From a virus (lineage: Duplodnaviria; Caudoviricetes), in the IMG/VR virus record IMGVR_UViG_3300005404_000001, positions 1 to 47,303 of that record: a stretch of DNA of 47,303 bases; one strand, given 5' to 3'. Numbering within the stretch: position 1 is the first letter of the stretch; the number at the start of each line of letters is the position of its first letter. The notes beneath the pieces were generated by a model, which did no database searches, was not told where the DNA came from, and saw nothing but the letters and a program-made list of their open reading frames with translations. Positions 9,708-18,737 of the stretch are shown here, piece after piece. Position numbers and translations under genes: made by a program.

Positions 9708-11283
9708 AAAATATTTCAGTAATACCGCAGTAGCAACAACCTTATCGACATCTATTTCGGATGCCGATACTTCCTTGACAGTTAATAGTTCTACTGGTTA
9801 TCCCGCAGTACCATTTACAATAGCAATTAATCCAGGTACTTCATCTGAGGAAATAATTAAAGTAGCGGCTAAATCTGGTACAACCTTTAGCTCACTTTCA
9901 AGAGGTTATGATAATACAACTGCAAGGGCTCACACTTCTGGAGCAAGTATTAAACATGTGGCTGCGGCTGAGGATTTTGACGCATTATATACTCACAGTC
10001 ATGCCACTTCAGATGGCCATACAAATATTCCTATAGCCAATGTGACCGGCACAGTACCAACAACAAAAGGTGGTACAGGTCTTAGTTCTTTGGGATCCGC
10101 TAAACAAGTATTAAAAGTTAATGACGCCGGTAATGCCTTAGAGTATGGTAATGCAGAGGCAATATTAAACATAGATGGTATGACAGATGGGTCTGGAATT
10201 ACGATTGCAGATACCGATGATTTTGCTATATCAGATGGAGGCGTAGAGAAAAAAGTTAATGCCTCACAAATAAAAGCCTATACTCAACATACCGATGAGG
10301 AAATAGAAGATGTTGTAGGTGGTATGTTAGATGGTGATGAAAATTTTATAACGGTTGAATACGATGATACTGATGGAAATATAGATTTTACAGTAGCCAC
10401 AAAAGATGAGGATAATATGTCATCTAACTCGGCTACACATTTACCTACTCAACAATCAGTAAAGGCTTATGTAGATACTCACGCGGCCCTTAATACACAT
10501 TTAACTTTAGTTGATGAGGATAATATGTCATCTAACTCCGCAACTTCAGTACCTTCTCAACAATCTGTCAAAGCCTATGTGGATGGCCAAACTCATTTAA
10601 CTTTAATTGATGAGGATAACTTTTCTAGCGATAGTGCTACACAACCTCCTTCCCAGCAATCTGTTAAGGCTTATGTTGATACTCACGCCGCTTTAGGAAC
10701 ACATTTAACTTTAATTGATGAGGACGACATGGCTACTAACTCAGCTACTAGACCCCCATCCCAACAATCAGTAAAGGCTTATGTGGATGGTCAAACTTTA
10801 TCTTTAATCGATGAGGACGATATGTCCACCAATAGTGCTACTCGTCCACCTTCTCAACAATCAGTAAAAGCCTATGTAGATGGCGCCAGTGTTAGCTCTG
10901 AACAAGTAGAGGACATTGTAGGTGCCATGTTTAGTAGCAATACTGAAACAGGTATTACTGCCACTTATGCTGATAATGCCTCGGGATCCGGTAAGATTAA
11001 CTTAGCAGTTTCTGCCTCATCGGACGCAATAACCGAAGGGGATTCAGATTTTACTATTACAGATACAGGCACAGGTACTGGTATTCATTATGAAATAGAT
11101 AATACCGATATGGCTGACTGGAATAGAGGTGGTATTGCATTAACAACTGCCGGTGGAACTTTTAGACACCATCAAACACAAGCGGCCACTTATACGATTG
11201 GCTCTAGTGAAGGAGCAGTTATGGCTGGACCAATAGAAATAACAGGAGTAATAACTAATCAAGGAACATTGGTGGTATTATGA
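9700..11283 (+). CDS. tail fibre protein with internal tandem repeats
   Basis: Ser/Thr/Asp-rich; KGGTG fibre motif; five DEDxM...QQSVKAYVD repeats. Confidence 0.8.
   Translation: MARKYFSNTAVATTLSTSISDADTSLTVNSSTGYPAVPFTIAINPGTSSEEIIKVAAKSGTTFSSLSRGYDNTTARAHTSGASIKHVAAAEDFDALYTHSHATSDGHTNIPIANVTGTVPTTKGGTGLSSLGSAKQVLKVNDAGNALEYGNAEAILNIDGMTDGSGITIADTDDFAISDGGVEKKVNASQIKAYTQHTDEEIEDVVGGMLDGDENFITVEYDDTDGNIDFTVATKDEDNMSSNSATHLPTQQSVKAYVDTHAALNTHLTLVDEDNMSSNSATSVPSQQSVKAYVDGQTHLTLIDEDNFSSDSATQPPSQQSVKAYVDTHAALGTHLTLIDEDDMATNSATRPPSQQSVKAYVDGQTLSLIDEDDMSTNSATRPPSQQSVKAYVDGASVSSEQVEDIVGAMFSSNTETGITATYADNASGSGKINLAVSASSDAITEGDSDFTITDTGTGTGIHYEIDNTDMADWNRGGIALTTAGGTFRHHQTQAATYTIGSSEGAVMAGPIEITGVITNQGTLVVL
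10402..10881 (+). repeat. five coding tandem repeats (DEDxMSxNSATxPPSQQSVKAYVD)
   Basis: Visible in DNA (caatcwgtnaargcytatgtrgat) and in protein, with alternating long and short linkers. Confidence 0.92.
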
Positions 11284-11822
11284 GTTCAATAATTAAGGTA
11301 GATACAATACAAGAAAAAACTTCTGCTAATGGTGTGTCAATAGATGGTCTTAAAATAAAAGATGTGACCTCGGGTTCTATTATGAGTAAGCCAATACTTC
11401 AAATTGTAACAGGAACCACAACAACTGATACAGGTGCAATAGCTACAACATCTTTTTCAAACGGCAACACAGGACTTACTGCTGATATAACTCCTAGTTC
11501 AACATCAAGTAAAATAATGGTTTTTGTATTTCAAACTTTAAATGCAGAGAGAAGTGGTGGTGGAGATATGGAAGGTTATGTAAATATAATGAGAGATAGC
11601 ACTCAACTTGGTCAATGGTGGTATAAAGCATCTACGGGATTAGTACAACCACAAATTCAAACATTGGCTCACATAGATAGCCCTAGTTCAACTTCTTCAA
11701 TAACATATAAAACACAAATTAGAGGCAGCACAACTGAAAATTCAGGTAGAGTAAGAGCAAATCAGCAAGTTACAGGAACTGAAAGCCCATCAAGTATTCA
11801 CTTAATAGAGATAGCAGGATAG
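11280..11822 (+). CDS. short tail-fibre/receptor-binding subunit 1
   Basis: ILQIVTG...ITPSSTSSKIMV...DSPSSTSSITYKTQ...LIEIAG; paralogous to 12106..12654. Confidence 0.65.
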   Translation: MSSIIKVDTIQEKTSANGVSIDGLKIKDVTSGSIMSKPILQIVTGTTTTDTGAIATTSFSNGNTGLTADITPSSTSSKIMVFVFQTLNAERSGGGDMEGYVNIMRDSTQLGQWWYKASTGLVQPQIQTLAHIDSPSSTSSITYKTQIRGSTTENSGRVRANQQVTGTESPSSIHLIEIAG

Positions 11823-11823
11823 T

Positions 11824-12105
11824 ATGGATTCAGTAGATATAAAAACATCAGCAATATCACAACTTGGTGGTACACAGTTTCAAGTCAAACCTGATTTATC
11901 TGTAGTATATTTTGATGGTAATGCAACAGAGCCAAGTGATAGTGATATTACAAATAAGATTGCAGAAATAGAAGTGAAAGAGGCTAGAAAAATTGCTTAT
12001 CCTTCTATACCAGACCAACTAGATGAAATTTATCATAATGGAATAGACGCTTGGAAAGTTATAATAAAGAAAGTAAAAGATGACAACCCTAAGCCAGGAG
12101 AATAA
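11824..12105 (+). CDS. tail-fibre chaperone-like protein 1
   Basis: RKIAYPSIPDQLDEIYH...VKDDNPKP, shared with 12654 and 13583. Confidence 0.6.
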   Translation: MDSVDIKTSAISQLGGTQFQVKPDLSVVYFDGNATEPSDSDITNKIAEIEVKEARKIAYPSIPDQLDEIYHNGIDAWKVIIKKVKDDNPKPGE

Positions 12106-12654
12106 ATGCCAGGAGTAATTAAAATATCAGATGGATCCAATACAGTGGGATTAACTGTGCCTAGCTCTTTAGGTTCAGACAAGACAATTACTATTCCTAA
12201 TGCAACAGGCACATTAAATTTACAAAGTGGTTCTGTATTACAAACAGTATTAGGAACTCACTCTACAAATGAACAAATTACAAACACCAGTTTTGAGGAC
12301 ACAAACTTAGACGCCACTATTACGCCTAGTTCTACATCAAGTAAGATATTGGTTTTAGTAAATCACTCTACATTATCTTGGGCTCCAGGTGCTATACCTT
12401 GGGGTTATATTCAATTACTTAGAGGTTCTACAGTTCTTACTAACAGGTCTTTAGGTATGAAAGCATATTTACACGGAGATGGTAATAACTATGTGGCTGC
12501 ACCATTTCAGATGACATTTCTTGATGCACCAAGTAGCACCTCTGCACTTACTTATAAAACACAAGCCAAGTTTGCAGGTTCAGGTTCTGGTCAAATAGAA
12601 GTAGGTTATCAAAACTTAATGCAACATATTATTTTAATGGAGATAGGTGGATAA
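12106..12654 (+). CDS. short tail-fibre/receptor-binding subunit 2
   Basis: VLQTVLG...ITPSSTSSKILV...DAPSSTSALTYKTQ...LMEIGG. Confidence 0.65.
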   Translation: MPGVIKISDGSNTVGLTVPSSLGSDKTITIPNATGTLNLQSGSVLQTVLGTHSTNEQITNTSFEDTNLDATITPSSTSSKILVLVNHSTLSWAPGAIPWGYIQLLRGSTVLTNRSLGMKAYLHGDGNNYVAAPFQMTFLDAPSSTSALTYKTQAKFAGSGSGQIEVGYQNLMQHIILMEIGG

Positions 12655-12962
12655 TGTATCTTAATGGAGAAGTAAGAGAAATAGACGCAGTCCAAAGTTT
12701 AGTTCCAGGAGCTAAATTTGTTATGAGTGATAATGTTATAACTAAATGGAGTAGCGAAGAAACCCAACCTACTGAAAAACAAATAGCTGATGAAAAAGCT
12801 AGGCTACAAGCAGAGTATGATACTAAGGATTGGGAAAGAAATAGACAATCAGAATACCCTGGTATATTAGATTGCATACACGCATTACTAGATGGTGGCG
12901 ATACTCTTACAGATTTACAAGCGGCAAGAAAAGTAGTAAAAGACAAGTACCCTAAAGGATAG
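12654..12962 (+). CDS. tail-fibre chaperone-like protein 2
   Basis: RQSEYPGILDCIHAL...VKDKYPKG. Confidence 0.6.
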   Translation: MYLNGEVREIDAVQSLVPGAKFVMSDNVITKWSSEETQPTEKQIADEKARLQAEYDTKDWERNRQSEYPGILDCIHALLDGGDTLTDLQAARKVVKDKYPKG

Positions 12963-12965
12963 ATT

Positions 12966-13583
12966 ATGAGTGAATTACAGGTAAATACAATAAATGAAAA
13001 TTCATCTGGAAGTGGCGTGACCATTGATGGTGCTTTAATCAAAGACAATTTTTTAGTAGCCACTGCAGGTGGAGGATTAGTAAAGTTAGGGGAATATACA
13101 TTTAGTGATGACGCCGATAAAGATTTTGATGTTTGTGATGGTACTAAATATTATGGATATAAAATTATTTTAAAAGATTTCCACCCTGCAACTGATGACG
13201 CCTCTGCAAGATTAGGTTTTAGAAATGATGGTTCTGATGTTCTTACTTCTCTGTATACCCATAGAGCCGCATATACAATGGCGACAAATAGCTCTGGATC
13301 CTTAGCAGGCTCTGCCTCTAATCCAACAGGATATTTTGATATAACATTTAGTACTGGAACTGATAGTGGAGAATATGGACACGCTATTGCAGAGTTGTTT
13401 CCACACGACACAGAAAAAACTTGGGTTTCAAGAAGTATTAGAGAACAAGGTAATGGAACTAAATATATATCTAACAAAATTGGTTTTGCTAAAGACAACA
13501 CAACTATAGATGGTATAAGAATTTATGCAAGTTCAGGCAATATAGCCTCAGGAAATATTGCAATATGGGGGTATGTAAAATAA
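12966..13583 (+). CDS. short tail-fibre/receptor-binding subunit 3
   Basis: N-terminus (VNTINE..SGSGVTIDG) matches that of 11280; different beta-rich C-terminal domain. Confidence 0.6.
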   Translation: MSELQVNTINENSSGSGVTIDGALIKDNFLVATAGGGLVKLGEYTFSDDADKDFDVCDGTKYYGYKIILKDFHPATDDASARLGFRNDGSDVLTSLYTHRAAYTMATNSSGSLAGSASNPTGYFDITFSTGTDSGEYGHAIAELFPHDTEKTWVSRSIREQGNGTKYISNKIGFAKDNTTIDGIRIYASSGNIASGNIAIWGYVK

Positions 13584-13888
13584 TGGCTAGAAGTTTAGAC
13601 ACAATAAAAGCCCAATTAAAAACTGACAATCCTACTTTAAAAAGTGATGGTAGAGTTTTTGATGAGGAAGAATACAATGAAACCATAAATGCTTGGGCAG
13701 ATGAAATTAGAGCAAATGAAATAGACCAAGAAACTAATGGTTATAAATATGTTAGAAAAGAAACCTATCCTGAAATTGCAGAACAATTAGATTTGTTATA
13801 CCACGATATGACTGCTGGAAAAGGAGATAAAACAGGCGAATGGTATAAAGCAGTTAAAGCCGTAAAAGACGCCAATCCTAAACCGTAA
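13583..13888 (+). CDS. tail-fibre chaperone-like protein 3
   Basis: RKETYPEIAEQLDLLYH...VKDANPKP; TAATG-coupled start at 13583. Confidence 0.6.
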   Translation: MARSLDTIKAQLKTDNPTLKSDGRVFDEEEYNETINAWADEIRANEIDQETNGYKYVRKETYPEIAEQLDLLYHDMTAGKGDKTGEWYKAVKAVKDANPKP

Positions 13889-13889
13889 T

Positions 13890-14042
13890 ATGCAAACGCT
13901 TTTGTACCTACTTTTAATCGTTTTAATCTTGGAAAACTATGGTACTCTATGGAGTTATTTAAGAGGTACATCTGACAAACAACCATATTATTATAAAGAG
14001 AAAGACACTTGGAATTGGCAAGACACTTGGGATATGGAATAA
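13890..14042 (+). CDS. 50-aa membrane peptide, absent from the ORF track
   Basis: MQTLLYLLLIVLILENYG...DTWDME*; fills the gap exactly and its TAA overlaps the next ATG. Confidence 0.6.
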   Translation: MQTLLYLLLIVLILENYGTLWSYLRGTSDKQPYYYKEKDTWNWQDTWDME

Positions 14043-14203
14043 TGACATCTAACGGTTATACTAACAAGGAATTATTAAACATGGTAATTGAGAGATTGGA
14101 TAAACTAGAGGAAAAACTAGATAGTAAATTGGACAAATCAGAATTTTATAAAGTATTGGGATTAGTGGCTACAGTGGTTTTAATAGTAGCCGCATTTATG
14201 TAG
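14042..14203 (+). CDS. small coiled-coil plus C-terminal transmembrane protein
   Basis: MTSNGYTNKELL...VLGLVATVVLIVAAFM; coupled start at 14042. Confidence 0.65.
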   Translation: MTSNGYTNKELLNMVIERLDKLEEKLDSKLDKSEFYKVLGLVATVVLIVAAFM

Positions 14204-14211
14204 GAGGACTC

Positions 14212-14247
14212 ATGGACTGTTGTGGTGGCGGCTGTTGCGGAGGCTAA
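14212..14247 (+). CDS. 11-aa micro-ORF MDCCGGGCCGG
   Basis: AGGAGG at 14202-14207, ATG 14212, TAA 14245-14247. Confidence 0.45.
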   Translation: MDCCGGGCCGG

Positions 14248-15965
14248 ATAAATTAATAAGAATACTTGCGGTCATGGTGCTACTTGCACCATTTCCTGTA
14301 TTTGCAGAGGAAGTACCTGGTGAGGTCACAATAAATGAGGATTTTAGTGATGACACATATCAAGATGGCCTAACAGTTAGTGGCGGTGCTATTTATTGTG
14401 GGGAACAAGACCAATACGGAACTATAGGTTGTTCATTAGGAATTAATAGTAGTACCACTTTTGAATTTTCGGAAGATGTATATGAAGTAGGATTTTTAGT
14501 GGGTGCAGTAAATCAAGCATACTCCGTTAAATATTATTATGCCGATGGAACAGATGAAACTATAGAAAAATCAGGTCAAAGTAATACAGACTTTTCCACT
14601 ATGTATGATACCTTTTATAAATCATTTACGGATTACAATAATGATGAGGCTAACACAGATAAATTTATTACCAAGTTTGAAGTTAATGTATCCGACCCTA
14701 CTGTATTCGATACATTATACTGGCAATATGTAGATGAAAGCACTATTCCTACTACAACTACAACAACCACTAGCACCACATTACCTAAAGCGGAAGAAGT
14801 TGTGGAAGATGGTATTACTACTTATTTAGCTTGGGACGAGAATGGTTGCGAACATCCTAACAATCCTTTATCATATAAACAATACTTGGAGGCAGTAGAA
14901 AGTGGAAATTGGTTTGGCTATCAACCCGGTGATTGCTCTGATATACCTGATGTTGTTGTTGATATTATCGAGGAAGAAATAGAGGAAGAAATAGAGGAGA
15001 TTGAGGAAGGGCCTACTGAGGAAGAATTACTTGAACTTGAAAGAATTGCTGAGGAAGAAAGAATTGCTGAGGAAAAAAGGATCCAAGCAGAAATAGACGC
15101 AGAATTAGAGGCTTTGGAAGAGGCTGAAATATTAGCAGAGTTAGAGGATTTAGATATACCAGAGGAAGAGGTACAAGAGCTGGTGGATTTTATACAAGAG
15201 TTTGAGGATATCGTTGAAGTTATAGAAATACCAGAGGAAATTATAGAGATACCAGATGAGATTATTATAATAGAGGAAATTATAGAGGAGGTGATAGATG
15301 AAGAAGTTGATGAGGAAGTTTTGGTTGAGCCAATACAGAAAGATGTTGAGGAGAAACCAACAGAGGAACTTGAGGAAATTATTGAGATAGAAATTATAGA
15401 GGAAGATTTAACAGAGGAAGAAGTTGCTGAAGTAATTGAGGAGTATGTAGAGGAACTTGAAACAGAGGAAGTCATAGAAATTATTGAGGAAGTTGTAGAA
15501 ACTGGTATAGATAATTTAGACCAAGTAAGTGAGGAAGTTCAGGAAGTAATTCAAGCAGTAGTGGAAGAGGCTATAGAGGATATAGAGGAATTAACAGAGG
15601 AACAAGTTGAAGTTGTGGCTGAAGTCTTATCGGTAGAAACTGATGATGTGGAAATTATCGCAGAACAAATCGAGAAGGACGAAGTAATAGCTGAGGCAGT
15701 AGAGGAATATGTAGAGAGAGCCATAGAAAATAAAGATGTAGAGGATTACACTTTTTCTGATGTGGTAGTAGAGGTACAATATGAGGCCTTCTTAGAGAAC
15801 CCAATAGAAACATTTATTGATTTAGATTTGGAAGGAATAAGTATAGATAACATAGGAGATGACATGACAAGTGACCAAAAGGAAAAAGCACAGGAAGTTG
15901 TAGTTCCTGTAATTTTGACTAGAATAGCTAGTATGTCCGCATTTATGTTTAGGAAATCAATATGA
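14220..15965 (+). CDS. secreted/membrane protein with a very long Glu-rich region (start possibly TTG 14235)
   Basis: Signal-peptide-like N-terminus (RRLNKLIRILAVMVLLAPFPVFA), beta domain, poly-Thr linker, ~300 aa of E/I/V low complexity, hydrophobic C-terminus. Confidence 0.8.
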   Translation: MWWRLLRRLNKLIRILAVMVLLAPFPVFAEEVPGEVTINEDFSDDTYQDGLTVSGGAIYCGEQDQYGTIGCSLGINSSTTFEFSEDVYEVGFLVGAVNQAYSVKYYYADGTDETIEKSGQSNTDFSTMYDTFYKSFTDYNNDEANTDKFITKFEVNVSDPTVFDTLYWQYVDESTIPTTTTTTTSTTLPKAEEVVEDGITTYLAWDENGCEHPNNPLSYKQYLEAVESGNWFGYQPGDCSDIPDVVVDIIEEEIEEEIEEIEEGPTEEELLELERIAEEERIAEEKRIQAEIDAELEALEEAEILAELEDLDIPEEEVQELVDFIQEFEDIVEVIEIPEEIIEIPDEIIIIEEIIEEVIDEEVDEEVLVEPIQKDVEEKPTEELEEIIEIEIIEEDLTEEEVAEVIEEYVEELETEEVIEIIEEVVETGIDNLDQVSEEVQEVIQAVVEEAIEDIEELTEEQVEVVAEVLSVETDDVEIIAEQIEKDEVIAEAVEEYVERAIENKDVEDYTFSDVVVEVQYEAFLENPIETFIDLDLEGISIDNIGDDMTSDQKEKAQEVVVPVILTRIASMSAFMFRKSI

Positions 15966-16144
15966 TAAAAAAGATATGGAACTGGTTAATCACCATTATT
16001 AAAGAGACCCTAAACTTAAGCTGGACTTTAGTCGGTCTTGTTATTGCGACACTTACCTTGACCGGTAGTGCCCAGCAAATAACAGGATTAGCGACTATAA
16101 TAACATTAGCCGTATGGTTATTGACTATTGGTTTTAGAAAATAA
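15962..16144 (+). CDS. two-TM small membrane protein (holin-like)
   Basis: Two hydrophobic helices, basic C-terminus, ATGA-type overlap with the upstream gene. Confidence 0.65.
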   Translation: MIKKIWNWLITIIKETLNLSWTLVGLVIATLTLTGSAQQITGLATIITLAVWLLTIGFRK

Positions 16145-16269
16145 TGTGCATGGTAGATGTAAAGGAAGATGGTTCTTTTACACAGATATGTAATTGTAAA
16201 TACGGTAGTGACCATTGCTTGGGTGAGGTACATAAAGCCACCCATGATAACGACTATGTGGAGGAATAA
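16144..16269 (+). CDS. 41-aa Cys-containing peptide, absent from the track
   Basis: MCMVDVKEDGSFTQICNCKYGSDHCLGEV...*; TAATG overlaps at both ends. Confidence 0.55.
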   Translation: MCMVDVKEDGSFTQICNCKYGSDHCLGEVHKATHDNDYVEE

Positions 16270-16790
16270 TGACAGAGTTTGAAGTATTAAGGTTTAGTTC
16301 TCAAAAGGATAGCACAAACGGTATTCTATTTAAGAAAAATAAAAATGGCACCAAACAATTTTTGTGTTATACATTAGAGGACGAAAAAAGAGATACCAAA
16401 GTAATGCACGAAACTAGGATCCCCGCTGGTAAATATAGGTTAGAGCTTAGAACAGTGGGGGGTTTTCATAGTAGGTATGTAAAGAAATATGGAGCATTTC
16501 ATAAGGGTATGATTTGGGTAAAAGAGGTGCCTGGGTTTGAATACATATTATGGCATACAGGCAATACAGATGAGCATACTTCAGGTTGTTTAATTGTGGG
16601 TCAAAGCCAAGAAAGTAATTTAATAAAACCCGATGGGTTTATAGGCTCTAGCGTTTCGGCATATAAACATATCTATCCGATTGTGGTAGAGGCTATTGAA
16701 AATGGGGGTGCAAGTGTGGAATATATAGATTATGATACTACACCACCTAAACCAAAACCTAGAATTAACACAAGACATTGGGGTTTATAA
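16269..16790 (+). CDS. DUF5675-like protein; candidate cell-wall enzyme/endolysin
   Basis: CYTLED...RIPAGKY...VPGFEYILWHTGNTDEHTSGCLIVG, a His...Cys arrangement like L,D-transpeptidase folds. Confidence 0.7.
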   Translation: MTEFEVLRFSSQKDSTNGILFKKNKNGTKQFLCYTLEDEKRDTKVMHETRIPAGKYRLELRTVGGFHSRYVKKYGAFHKGMIWVKEVPGFEYILWHTGNTDEHTSGCLIVGQSQESNLIKPDGFIGSSVSAYKHIYPIVVEAIENGGASVEYIDYDTTPPKPKPRINTRHWGL

Positions 16791-18737
16791 TTGGCTAAAT
16801 CAGAATTAAACTTAGATTTTCCTTATGACTTATCGTTTGAGGAATTTTCTAAAGCAGTAGGTATTGGCGGTCTATGGTCTGTGGGTATAGATGGTACTGG
16901 TTATCTCTTATCTACATTAGAGGACGAGGCACCATTTGATTATAGAGCTTACACCGTTCAATCTATACCAGTTCAAAAACAAAGATTAGATACCTCTGCT
17001 GAACCAGGCGAACAAACATTTGAACAATGGTGGACTAGAGCCCAACACTCATGGGTAGGCGGTGCTGGTCAAAACATATTTGACGCCGAGGGTTCTAATA
17101 GGTTTTCTTTTAAACAAAGTAAAGGTATAGATATATGGACAGAAGGCCAATTGAAATTATTAAAAGATACGGCCAGTGTGGATAATAGCACCGGCGATGA
17201 TTTGAATTGGTTTATTGCAGGCGGATATATATTCTATTCAAAAGATGGTTCATTATATAGAGGCACAACTGTAGATGGTACTTATACTGCTAATGATTTA
17301 GGCGGGCCTGGTAGTGGTCAAGATATAACTTCAATTACTACTGATGGCCAATATGTTTATGTCTGTTGGACAGGAACAAATAATATCAGAAAAGCCGACA
17401 TTGATAGTGGTAGTTGGAGTAGTGAAGGTTCATTAGCTAATGACCTAGACCCTTCATTAATATCTTTTGTGAAAGGTAGATTAATGGCCGCTAAAGATAA
17501 TAAATTATATGAAGTGGATTTATCTACTACTACCGCACCCGACCCACATTTTACACACAGAACAACAGACTGGGAATGGACTTCAATAACTGAGAGTGGT
17601 CCAGCCATCTATGCCTCTGGTTATGCTGGTGAAACTTCTGAGATTTACGCCACTAGATTAACTACTCAAGACTTAGCTTATGCTGATACAAGCACCCTGG
17701 GAGCGCCGATAAGCGTGTTTAAAGCGCCTGAGGGAGAGATTGTGCATACTATTAGGGGATACTTGGGTAGAGCCTTAGTTATAGGTACAAATAAAGGAAT
17801 AAGGTTAGCAGTTATAACTGATGAAACTGGATCCTTAGAAGTAAGTTCTTTGTTGGTATCTGATGACCACAACTTAAACTATGCAGTTAAAGCCATTGAG
17901 TTAGATGGTGATTACGCATACTTTGGTTGGACTAAATATGATGGTACTTCATCTGGTATAGGTAAAATAAATTTGGCTGATACTACTTTTTCCTCTCATC
18001 TTATGTATGATATTCAAGGTGATGTCACCAGTATTGCACAGTTTGGTGGTAGGTTATTATTCTCTGTAAATAATGTAGGAGGCGGTGGTCATAGTAGAGT
18101 TATAAAGGAACATGCTACTGATTACATAGGTACTGGTACATTAGAAACAGGCGAAATAAGATACGGTACATTTGAAGTTAAAACCATAAGATACTTTGAC
18201 GCCATGCTTAAAGGTACAGGCTTATTAGATGTGGATATAAAAAGAGATAATACTGAGGCTTATGAAAACATTGTCGCCGATTGGGAGGCAGATACAGAGG
18301 TAACCGATAGAGTATATGGTATTATTGAACAAACCTTAGAAAAAGATATATCCAGATTTGAATTAAAACTTACCTTAAAGACCTTAGGCTCTGCTACTAA
18401 TACCCCTATTTTATTAGAGTGGAGAACTAGAGGTGAGCCTAAAGTAAAAGGAAGGTATAGATATTTTGTGCCTATAATGTTATATGATACAATGATAGCA
18501 AACAGTGGCCAGACATTTGGCTACGGTGGCTATAGCCAGGAGAAGTTAAATGAACTTGTGGAAATCTATAGAAGTGGTAAGATTATACAGTTTCAAGACC
18601 CTGGTAGCCACTTACCTAACGGTACGCCATCGGTGACTGTGAGAATAGAGGACTTACAGTTTAAATCGTGGGCACCGCCGTCAGGCTACGATGGACCAGG
18701 AGGTATAGCATTAGTAGTGATGAGAGAGCAGACCTAA
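16791..18737 (+). CDS. tail nozzle / beta-propeller tail protein (putative)
   Basis: 648 aa, beta-strand-rich repeats; SWVGGAGQ...SKGIDIWTEGQLKLL motif; TTG start. Confidence 0.6.
   Translation: MAKSELNLDFPYDLSFEEFSKAVGIGGLWSVGIDGTGYLLSTLEDEAPFDYRAYTVQSIPVQKQRLDTSAEPGEQTFEQWWTRAQHSWVGGAGQNIFDAEGSNRFSFKQSKGIDIWTEGQLKLLKDTASVDNSTGDDLNWFIAGGYIFYSKDGSLYRGTTVDGTYTANDLGGPGSGQDITSITTDGQYVYVCWTGTNNIRKADIDSGSWSSEGSLANDLDPSLISFVKGRLMAAKDNKLYEVDLSTTTAPDPHFTHRTTDWEWTSITESGPAIYASGYAGETSEIYATRLTTQDLAYADTSTLGAPISVFKAPEGEIVHTIRGYLGRALVIGTNKGIRLAVITDETGSLEVSSLLVSDDHNLNYAVKAIELDGDYAYFGWTKYDGTSSGIGKINLADTTFSSHLMYDIQGDVTSIAQFGGRLLFSVNNVGGGGHSRVIKEHATDYIGTGTLETGEIRYGTFEVKTIRYFDAMLKGTGLLDVDIKRDNTEAYENIVADWEADTEVTDRVYGIIEQTLEKDISRFELKLTLKTLGSATNTPILLEWRTRGEPKVKGRYRYFVPIMLYDTMIANSGQTFGYGGYSQEKLNELVEIYRSGKIIQFQDPGSHLPNGTPSVTVRIEDLQFKSWAPPSGYDGPGGIALVVMREQT

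Noticed and set aside
10402-10881. CRISPR array or DGR template/variable repeats
   Set aside because: Repeats are in-frame, differ at synonymous sites and have no unique spacers; no reverse transcriptase is present.
14921-15475. 184-aa Ser-rich ORF on the - strand
   Set aside because: Antisense shadow of GAA/GAG runs; the other antisense track ORFs (2451, 12629, 31639, 41276, 44332 and similar) were dismissed likewise.
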